Shown here in pieces: positions 51,250-61,300 of a stretch of DNA of 64,000 nt (its first letter is position 1; each line of letters starts with the position of its first letter). This DNA is from Oikopleura dioica (Eukaryota > Animalia > Chordata): the NCBI GenBank assembly GCA_907165135.1, contig OU015568.1:5332001-5396000 (forward strand), given 5' to 3'. Below the pieces are notes generated by a model, which saw nothing but the letters and a program-made list of their open reading frames with translations, had not been told where the DNA came from and made no database searches. Both the position numbers and the translations under genes were made by a program.

Positions 51250-52219
51250 GGAGGGGGGAGAATGGCGTTACCAAAAAAATTTTTCGTAACCGTTACCAAA
51301 ATTTTGGTAACCGTTACCAAAATTGGTAACCGTTACCAATATTTTTTCGTTTTCTTTTAAGCGAAAAACCAGAGAATGGCGTTACCAAAATTAGTAACGG
51401 TTACCAAAAATTGGTACCGGTTACCAAATGTAAGCTTCTCTCAAAATCAGGCGCGGAGCGCATTCAACCTTTAATTTCGGGATTTCTTTGATAAAGGACC
51501 TTTTAAATTGTCCGGATACCCTCGGTTCGCCGGGATATCCTCGGTTCGCCGGGATTTGGGCCAAAAAGTGTGTGATGGTGAAAAGAATTCGAGAAAATGA
51601 GTCTAGGACGAGCCTGTAATCGTTCATTAAATACTTTTTATAAATAAATGTTAGGATTAGGGGGCACTGGGCAAAATGACAGAACAAACTCACCCGAGGG
51701 GGATAGGCTAGGGTTAGTTAGGGTTACTGAAGGTAACCTTAAGTAACCCTAGACTAGACCCCGGCATCTTAGGCCCGAAGGGGCGGAGCCCCGAGGTAAG
51801 GGACACTTGGATTTGATAAGTTCAAAAAAAAATTCTTTTTATTTCTTTTTTATTTTATAAAAATTAGGACCGAAAAGTACCGGCGAACCGAGGATGAGGG
51901 GAAAATCCCGGCGAATCGAGGGTCATCCGTTTTTCTTTAATAAGGGTTAGTGTGTAACGAATTCGGGACTTTTGCCATTTCTGCGATCTGGCATAATTAA
52001 AATGATAAAAAACAACAAAGCCCGAGTTCTAGAGACACTTTTACTTATTTTTACCATTTTTGCAATATAGAATTTTCCGGAGAATGGCGTTACCAATTTT
52101 GGTAACGGTTACCAATTTTAGTAACGGTTACCAATTTTTGGTAACGGTTACCAATTTTAGTAACGGTTACCAATTTTTGGTAACGGTTACCAATTTTGGT
52201 AACGCCATTCTCCTACTAC
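51250..52219. mobile_element. Mutator/foldback-like element with 9-bp TSD CGGAGTTCG inside a trypsin exon
   Basis: TSD at 51241-51249 and 52220-52228; arms GGAGAATGGCGTTACC / GGTAACGCCATTCTCC with tandem GGTAACGGTTACCAATTTT units; nested inverted repeats inside. Confidence 0.88.
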
Positions 52220-53363
52220 CGGAGTTCGTTCAAACAGTTTCCAAGTCACGCCAATTTGTCTTCCTCAAGAAGAAGCCCCCGCTGCCGGGAGAAACTGCTA
52301 TGTAGTCGGCTATGGTGCTGCTTCAACGGGCGGAGCCGCCACAATGCAGTTGATGGAGGCAAAAGTGCCAATAATCAATGACCAAACTTGCAAGAACCAA
52401 TACGATTCATTCACGAATATGAACGAGAATTTCAACGAAGATGTGCATATCTGCGCTGGGTACGGAAATGGCTACCAAGATGCTTGCCAAGGAGATTCTG
52501 GAGGACCCCTGATGTGTCAACGAGAAAATAGCTGCGAATGGTACCTGGCCGGAGTCGTCTCTTACGGCTGGAGATGCGGGGTCAGCTATGGTGTCTACGC
52601 AGAGGTCAATGGCTTTGCCGACTGGGTCCATCAAAATACAGGAATTCCGAAAAACCCCGCAGAGGGGAAAACCTGCAATATCAACTACGGCGAAAAAGGC
52701 TGCGAAGCGCTCAAATTCGATGGAAAACTTTATCAATACGACGCTGTTTCTGATTCTTATGTCCTCAAAGACCCAACACTTCCAAAACAAACGATGTTCC
52801 AGTTTACCAATTTTTGGATTTTGAGGCCTGGTGATAAGCCGTCTTCTGGACCTGGAACTGAATTTATTGCAGCGTTTCGAATGCCAAATGATCGAGTCTG
52901 CAAGTTTGACACTGAAGCTCAATGGTCCTTTACCGGTCTTACCGCAGTAGAAACGAATGATAAGCTTGAATGTGGAACCCAAGATTGAGTTATCAAAAAG
53001 TCAGATAAAGCTGATTAAAGTGCAGTTTTTTAAACTTTTTGTTTATAAGTAATTAATTATAACTCAAAAGCCGAAATTGATGCTCTTCCCGAAAAACAGC
53101 TTGAAGAAGAGGAAGAATGCCAATCAAACTCTTTTGGAGCTGTCATCACAAACCATCTTGGCGAGATTTTCAATCTGCACCTCGACGAAAGCAAAACAGC
53201 TTCTACTAAGAGAACTCATTTCAAAAATGATGACAGCGTTACATTATATGTCGACGTCCTCTTTGCCGATGGATATTGGATCCTCGGCCGAAATTACAAT
53301 GTTCTGATGTCGATGTGTTACAAAACTGGCGAAAAGGATGCGTGTATTGAAGACCTTGGTGGC

Positions 53364-54116
53364 GTAGTGAGGGGTTATCCTTCGAGCTAGCCTCGAATTC
53401 ACAACATGCCTTCTGGAGCAGCTATAATTCGAGTCACCCGAATGTAATAATGGGCTTTTAAGCAGCTAAAATTCGAGCCTCATTTCTAGAAGCGCAATAT
53501 CAAGCTGTCATGAGTATGCGGCATACTGTATGCCTTATCAAATTTTTTGCTCGATACGGATGATTCCTGCTCGTTTTAGTCGGGCAAATCTGACAGATTT
53601 CCGCCAGTTTCCTCAGTATATTTATCATCAAGTACTCTATGTAAATTAAGGTTAGGGTTAGGGGACACTGGGCAAAATGACAGAACAAATTCACACAAGG
53701 GGGATAGGCTAGGGTTACTTAGACTAGACTCCGGCATTTTAGGACCTAAGGGGCGAAGCCCCGTGGTCTAGGGTCGGCACCGACCACCGAGCAAAACCCG
53801 ACCAGGTCGGGTTGATTTGAGTTCCGACCAACTCAGCCTGAGATTATTTTTCTTAATTTAAGAAATAAACTGCACATATGTAATATTGATGATTATGTAT
53901 GCAAAACATCAAGTATAAATAATTTAAGGCAATTACATGATCAGTTTCATTTTCGAAGCTCGAATTTTAGCTGCTTAAAAGCCCTTTCTTGCATTCGGGC
54001 GACTCGAATTATAGCAGCCTGGAATACCACTATTGCATTCGGGTGGCTCGAATTATAGCTGCTCCAGAAGGCATGTTGTGAATTCGAGGCAAGCTCGAAG
54101 GATAACCCCCTACTAC
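53364..54116. mobile_element. Mutator-like element with 9-bp TSD CCTTGGTGG inside a coding exon
   Basis: TSD at 53354-53362 and 54117-54125; long TIR GTAGTGAGGGGTTATCCTTCGAGC...GCTCGAAGGATAACCCCCTACTAC; copy 1 has the empty site GACCTTGGTGGAAGT. Confidence 0.88.
53651..53771 (+). mobile_element. TTAGGG-rich module ending in a GGGGCGAAGCCCC hairpin plus CTAG (Helitron-like, tentative); second copy at ~51649-51797
   Basis: The two copies share GGGCAAAATGACAGAACAAA...GGGGATAGGCTAGGGTTA...CTAGAC.CCGGCAT.TTAGG; the hairpin-CTRR end resembles Helitrons, but the A|T target site is not met. Confidence 0.5.
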
Positions 54117-56900
54117 CCTTGGTGGAAGTGACTGGTTTTGCGTGAATTCAGGTGGAAGCTGGTTGAATAATCAACAAGTTTCAATCAGTGTTATCGTTCC
54201 AATTACTACTGATGCTCCAACGGAAGAACCAGCAGTTACTGACGTTGCCGATCCAGTGACTACACAAGCACTTGATACTACTGATGGAACAGCAGCAGCT
54301 CCTAGTTCTCCAACAACGAGATCAAGTACAACAACTCCTTCTACAACAACATCTACAACAAAAACTACGACAAGAACAACGACAACGACGACGACAACGA
54401 CCACTCCAACAACTACATCCCCGACCACATCAACCTCGACAACACCCACAACAACCTCGCCGACAACGACAGCTCCAAAAACGACAAGTCCGTCGACAAC
54501 GACACCTGCTCAAGGTTTATTAAATTGAACTTATCACTTTCAAAAACTTTCATTACTAGAATTTCTACTCTAGAAATTTAAACAAAATTCAGAACCATCA
54601 GAAACTGGTCGCCTTACATTCAAAATGAACTCCTATGGAATCTATGGAGAATTGACGCTTGCCCAAACCGAAGATGACCCAAATAGATTTGTTGATGAAG
54701 CAAAGAATGTTGTGCTCTATTACACTGATACTTGGGATGCATGGTTTATTGTCCCAGTCGGAAAAGACATCACCAATGTGTTTTGTTATGCGATAACGAC
54801 CGTTAAAGGAACGTGTTTGAAATCAGGGGCCTTTATATAGTTTCAGCCAATTGTAAACATTTTCAAAGAGAACTTCGTCGACAATATAACAAGTATGGTT
54901 TGTAAAAACTTTCGAGAGAATTCAATTCAATGGATACGACAAGATATTGGCCTTGAAGTCATTTCGTCTGGTTCTGCCATTGTTACAACTGAAGCTGCTG
55001 GTGAAGAATGTAATCCTGAATGCGAACCATCTTTCAGCTTCGACATTCCAAAATGTAGGTGCACTTTATTTTCAAGAGATCACAAAATTTTTTCTAGATG
55101 GAAGAGTGACAATGACAGAGATTTTCGAGGGCTCAGATGAATATTTTGAGAATGATAAAAACATTTTCCTTTACTACGATAACAAGTACAAGTCCTGGAT
55201 TGTCGCTGAGCAACCTCATGAAGTCAGTAAATTCCTTTGCTACAGTCAAATCTTGAAAGAAGAGCCGCTAAAGAATATGGAAGGCAACATCAGCTGCAAG
55301 AATCCTGCTTGGGGAAGGCCCTGGAAGGACTTCAATTTCACAAACAATGAATGCCGAAGTTGTACGACAACACCGACGAGAGCTTCAACTACAACCGTTA
55401 CTTCAACAACAAAGACGGCAGCTCCTTCTGCTACGACAGGAGCAGCCGTTTCAACAGCCTCTCCTTCATCAACATCAACAACAACCTCAACCTCTACTTC
55501 AACAAGAGCAACGACAACAACAACTTCGACAACAACAACGACAACGACCGCCACAACAACAACAAGAACAACAACAAGAACAACAACTACCACGACGACA
55601 ACTCCTGGGCCAATGCAATTCATTTTGAATATTCCTTCTAGTTCTGCCCGTGAAAGAAAACGATTCCGATTTGTCGAAACCGAGGAAGAATATGTCTACG
55701 TCGACGAAGACGCTCAAATGAAGGTAAAACATAATTGAATATGAGTTACTTAATCTACTTTCAGATCTACTTCGATGTCAATTACATGGCCTGGATCATT
55801 CTCCCTCTCAAAGCTAGAGATATCTTCTCGATGATCTGCTTCAATTCAAAGGTGAACGGCGAAGGTTTCCTCGGTCGCGTCGATTACTTAGAGTGCGTCG
55901 GCGACAGTGCAAACACCTGGGAACGAGTCGACATATCTACAATGGAGATTGATAGAAATTTCGTGGAAACAACAACAACAACTTCGACAACAACAACAGC
56001 GACATCATCAACAACACCGACAACGGAAGTGCCGACAACTGCTTGTACAGTCTGCGAGGAGAAATTTAAAATGAGCATTCCGGGAAAAACCATCATTTTG
56101 AAAAAGGTTGAAGATAATCTTTATGAACAGACTAGAAACGGAGATTTGGAAGTCTCATGGCTTCCGTACTACAAAGGCTGGGCTTTGAAGCCAAAAGGCA
56201 CCCAAGGAATGGTTCAGTCTTGAATTTTGTTATGGAGACTTGTATAATAATTTTGTTATAATAATTTTGAACCAAAACAGTTTCGGCTCTTCTTTGTTTC
56301 GAATTCGGCGATCATATTGGACAACCTGCCCGGCCAGTTTCGCCTTTTACCGAAAGTGTTACAAAAATGACATGTCTAGACAACGATGTCTGGGGCGAGC
56401 ATCAAATCAACCTTACTAACATTCCCTGCCAATGCTAAAGCCTCAAAATGAGACTGACTCTCCCTCTGTTACATAAAATAAACACCGTCTGTCTTTAAAT
56501 AGACCTCTTTGAAAACTTTTTTTTCTTATATTTATCGGCGGACTTGTGCGACATTCTCGCAATGGCAGACCATAAGCAAAATGCTGCAATTATTCATTAA
56601 CAATCACAGGTTTGATTGTAGAACGTTTTCGATTTTATTTCAAATCATCATCAGTACTCTGTTTATGAGAAAGCGAACTTACGCTAACTTATTCATTAAC
56701 ATCATAAGCCTGGCAATGAGTTAAAATTTTTACGGTCGAGATCGCAAACTTCGTCTTATGGTCAGATACTTGTTAGACTTCGGCTTAAAACGAGTAGACC
56801 ACTTCGAAAACTTGTACTTCTAATATTTGTTGGCCGCCTTGGGCAATTCATTATTGCAGGGAATGCACAGCAGACCAGTCCTTCGCATCATTTTTGTCAA

Positions 56901-58109
56901 ATGCAGCAAATGAGAGAAAAGAATAAGCTTTTGCTTTTTTTCTTCCTTTTTTCAGCTTCAAAAGCGCAAACGACCGCTTGTGTTCAAACTTATTACCAAG
57001 AAGAGACTTGCTGCACTCCATCGACAAACACATGTGGAATAAACCCGAGAATTAACGGTGGCACAGAAACATTCGCGAGAGAATGGCCTTGGATTGCACA
57101 TATCACTTTTGTCGACCGACCAAATATTTACTGTAGAGGAGCATTTGTGTCGCAGAACAAGATCATTACTGCTTATCATTGTGTCAATGATTACATAAAA
57201 AGGAAACATTTTTTAATTGTCGGAGCCGGCATTGATTACACTCACGGTGCCAATTCTGCGTATGAAAAACTAGTTCAAGGGTATCGAGTCGATTCCATCA
57301 TTATTCCAGATGGCGCTGTTGCCACGTCCTGGCGCGATCATGATATAGCGATTTTGGCAGTGACGGAAGTCAATTTCCGAGAAAACAGCTTTGAAGTAAC
57401 CCCAATTTGCCTTCCACAAGAAGAAAATCCAGAATCAGGAAGAAACTGCTTCCTACTCAGATATGGACATGTTCATACAGGTGGATTAATAATTAATACT
57501 GAAATGCTTAGGGAAGCAAGAGTTTCAATCGTCAGTGATGAAACTTGTCAAGCCCATTATTATGGAGGAGCTAATTACTTGAACGAGCCTGTTCAAATTT
57601 GCGCGAGATTCGAAGACGGTGGGATGGACGTTTTTCAAGAGGATTCTGGCGGGCCTTTGATGTGTCAGAGGGCAAACAGCTGCGAGTGGTATCTAGCAGG
57701 GGTTTACTCATGGGGAGACGGCACTTTTGGAGTTTACGCCGAAGTAGGAGCTTTTGCCGACTGGATTCATGAGAATACCGGTATTTCAAAAGCACCAGCG
57801 GCAGAAAACTCACCAGCACCAAAAACACCACCAGCACCACCAGCACCAGAAGAAGAACCGGCACCAGAAGCACCACCAGCGCCACCAGCACCACCTGCAG
57901 AGCCAGCCCCGGAAGTACCACCAGCACCAGAAAATCCGCCCGCCTCGGAGAATTCGTTGCCATCAGGATCTCGATTTGAGAGACTGCGAGATCGAATCCG
58001 ACGAATACTCAAGAAATTAATTCTTTTTTCTTTCATCCATCAAAGATTCACTAAACAACACCGACAAACACTTCCTCGCCAGCGACCTTTTCAAGTTCAA
58101 CCTCAATAA
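56901..58109 (+). CDS. Trypsin-family paralog 3 with a degenerate active site and a Pro/Ala/Glu-rich tail
   Basis: Signal-like LLLFFFLFSASKA, the same C..TYY.E.TCC.PSTNTCG linker as copies 1 and 2, RING activation site, AYHC, DIAIL, but DVFQEDSGGP instead of DACQGDSGGP. Confidence 0.82.
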   Translation: MQQMREKNKLLLFFFLFSASKAQTTACVQTYYQEETCCTPSTNTCGINPRINGGTETFAREWPWIAHITFVDRPNIYCRGAFVSQNKIITAYHCVNDYIKRKHFLIVGAGIDYTHGANSAYEKLVQGYRVDSIIIPDGAVATSWRDHDIAILAVTEVNFRENSFEVTPICLPQEENPESGRNCFLLRYGHVHTGGLIINTEMLREARVSIVSDETCQAHYYGGANYLNEPVQICARFEDGGMDVFQEDSGGPLMCQRANSCEWYLAGVYSWGDGTFGVYAEVGAFADWIHENTGISKAPAAENSPAPKTPPAPPAPEEEPAPEAPPAPPAPPAEPAPEVPPAPENPPASENSLPSGSRFERLRDRIRRILKKLILFSFIHQRFTKQHRQTLPRQRPFQVQPQ

Positions 58110-58391
58110 AAACCAAACTTTCAATATTTCCTTTTCAATATTTCAGAGAATAAAATAGAGGCATTTTATCTTTTCTTTGGTCAAAGCATTTCTGTGATAT
58201 AATTATATTATATATTTATTAAATATGTTCAAAATACAAACATAGTGAAGAAAGATAGAATAAATACAGACAAGAGTAATGGTCAAAATTTAAATAAGTA
58301 CATATTAATTTGGCGTTCGATTGATTCTGTTCAGGGCAGGTGTAGATACGTTGAAATTGCATAAAAGAGCATCAATAAATAGTATTTTCAA

Positions 58392-61300
58392 CTACCAGTC
58401 CCAATGATCGTAGTTGTCGCCCGTGAACTTTGTCTCCAGATCTTTCACAAAAGGCTGAAAAAGGGGGTTGAAAAAGATGATAAAGGAAAAAAGTCTTACA
58501 TTGAAAAACTTTCTGATTCTTCTCTTGAGCTCCGTCGGAAGCGATTTATCCTTCGATCTTCCCTTACTCGACCCAAGGCAGAAGCTTTCTCGGGCACTTT
58601 CTACTGGCGGCTTCATACAGAAATACCCTGAAATTGACTATGAAAGATTTCGTAAAGGAAAAAAGTACCTTTTTCATCGTCAAAATAGAAGTTTTCTTCG
58701 GTAATCAATTGCGGCACCCCGGCGAAATCAGCAACTCTTCTGAGCGACATTCCAGGGTTTTCAATCAACTCCGTCGCATCCAAATACAGCATTTGATCTT
58801 GAATTTTCCGCATGAAGATAAAGAGGACTTTGATTCAAACCTTGTGTAAAGTAATGCAGCCAAGTATTGATATGCGTCGAGTAGAGGGATCCAGTAAGAA
58901 CAGCATCAGGAATTCGCAGCGGAAAGACTCGACCCTTCGTTCCGGGCTTCAAATCCCAGCGGGTGAAATAATCAGCAACTGCAGCTCGGATTTCGTCGTC
59001 GGTCATTTCGTCGATGTCCTTGTCTTTTCCGAGGAGATTGCCAAACGCCATCTCGACGGTTTTTTCGAAGGCTTCTTCTTTTGTGATGTCAGCGAAGTTT
59101 TCTAGAATTTCAATCTCAGATCTGGTCGCTAAGAGATAGAAAAACGGGGTCTGGAACCGTAAAAAATTTCGACAAATTTTGCGTGGAAATTTTCAACCAA
59201 TCAAAAGCCTTGATACAGCAAACCGGCCAATCAGCAGCCGAGAAGCCGCCCACTCAAATTTTGTCGAAATTTTTTTGTCGCTTCCAGACACCATCCCAAA
59301 AAAACGTACCTTGAAGAAACTCAAAACCAGGTTGAGGTCCTCCAACGCCTCCTTGACCGACTTGCTGGACCGTGAACATGTGCAGAAAATGCGAAAATGC
59401 TCTTCTGACCGGATCGCACAAGACATGAACAAATTTGATGTCCTTTGCATTTTCCAGTTTTGAAATTCTCTCCGGAATAAACGGCCGGTCAAAGTAATCA
59501 GGGGTCTTTTCATAGCAAACTTCGTCCTTGAACGTCAGCGGCATTTCATCGTGGTACCATTGGTAGCCTTTCGCCCAGTTGGTTGGTCGGTTGAAGAAAT
59601 GACGCTCGCCGGGGGTGTCCTGGAACCAAGTGTGGTAGTTCATGAAGATTTTCAAAGCAGTGGTTCCGCATTTTTTTGCCCCTGAGTTTTTTAAAGACCT
59701 GTTTTTTGATGTTTCATTACCTGTGATGATGAGATCTGGATATCTAACTGTAGGTTCTTCATCGCCGTGATTTTTCTGTCGTTGTCTGTTCATTCCGACT
59801 TTGTACCAATCAGCGTATTTGGCCTTTACTTCTTGCGGGACGGTTAATTCGTCCATTGTCGGCCAGACAACGTCTCCGACGTATTCTTTGTTTTCTTGAT
59901 TTTGGCTTCAAAAATCATAAGGGTAAATATAGATCAAAAAATTTTAAGTTTCATCAAAATATATTTTCGAGATTACCAATATTCATAATCTATTAATCAT
60001 TCAATAAACGATTGAATCTTCCTAATAATCTTCTAAAGCCATTCCTGTAAGCTTAGCCTTCACTGGCGGCAGAACCTTCTTCTGCTTCACCTCAACTTGT
60101 GCTTCATCTTGCAGCATCATTTCGTGCTGTTTCAATTCTCCTCCGGCGAACATCGCTTTTGGCGGCTCCGTCGGCGCTGGTGGTGTAGGTGGAGCTGCAG
60201 GTGCTTGCTCAACAACGGGCTGGACAGGCGCAGCAGGAGCAGCGGCGGCAACTGGGGTGTCAACGGCGGCAACTTGAGCAGCTGGGGCCGCTGGGGCAAC
60301 GGGTTGGGCAGCGCCAGCGACGGGGACTGGTGCGGCGGGGGCAACAGGAGCTGCAGCAGCGATCGGTTCAGCAGGGGCGACGGGCTGGGCTGGAGCAACG
60401 GGGGCTGCGGGGGCGGCTGGAACTGCTGGGGCAGCAGGAGCGGCGGGGGCAACGGGTTGGGCGGGAACTTCTTGGGCAACTGGAGCAGGTTGAGGATATC
60501 CTGAATAGATTTATGATGGAGGAAATAAGCTAGCGAATCAAAAGCCTCAAATTTCATCTTCGAAATTTTAGGATGAAAATTATTTGTCAACAAATCAAAT
60601 AAACACTTCGAAGTCGAACCGTTTATTCGCTTCTTACCTTGATTGAAGGCCTGTGCTTCGGCGCTTGGAACAAAGCTCTGAAGAAATTGTTGAAAGTATC
60701 TCCGATAGGGGTCTGATTTTGTTACCATGTGAGCTCCGTCCACGGTCAGTTCTGGCTGCAGAATCTCGCCGTAGAGCGACATTGGCTGCTGCTGCGCTTG
60801 GTAGGCTAGGTATTGCGCGTCGTAGTCGTAAGCTGCGTAGTAGTAGTCGCGCAGTTGCTGCCAGGGTGTCAAATCGCGGGGGATCGAGAAGGGATCGCGC
60901 GCCACCGCCCACGCTCGATCCCAAGTCTGAAGGGATCGCTCGCGCGCTTTTTGAACGGAAAGGGATCGCGGCGAAAATAGCAGAGCAAACGCGCGGGCTA
61001 GCGCCAGGCTTCATGCGTGGAATTTTCTCCGATCAAGCTCGCGCCGCTTTTCAAAAACTCAGAACTCTTCGTTATTGTCTCAAATTTTATGAATTTTTCA
61101 GATCTAGTGTAGTTTTTTCTCCTCTTTTTTCTGATTAAAATTAAACTCATGTTCAAATTAAGTTTAATAAGTTTGTCTGATTATATTATTTAAAAAAAGA
61201 AAGAAATTACATCATTGTCTGTCGACAAAAGGGACAGCGAAAATGAGGAGGAAGGCTTCTTTTGTGACACGCCAAGCACATCGGTGGACACTTTTCGCAT

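Larger units (their letters stand above)
49953..56438 (+). pseudogene. Modular protease copy 2: lacks the signal-peptide region and has two exonic transposon insertions (probably disabled)
   Basis: Colinear with copy 1 from the ShKT exon to NIPCQC*; insertions at 51250-52219 (trypsin exon) and 53364-54116; catalytic AFHC/DIAIL/GDSGGP are still present. Confidence 0.7.

Noticed and set aside
52085-52210. Palindromic ~19-bp repeats GGTAACGGTTACCAATTTT as a CRISPR-like array
   Set aside because: Units are directly adjacent with no unique spacers and are mirrored in the other arm of a TIR element.
51241-52228. Precise splice-out of the 9-bp-TSD element using the AG/GT in its TSD
   Set aside because: The AG and GT overlap (AGT), so canonical splicing deletes one base and shifts the frame. 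An in-frame option needs a weak GA donor and a GAG acceptor.
60097-60905. ORFs 60132-60905, 60189-60533 and 60097-60504 as independent genes
   Set aside because: They run through an intron or in the wrong frame of the sulfotransferase Pro/Ala stem.
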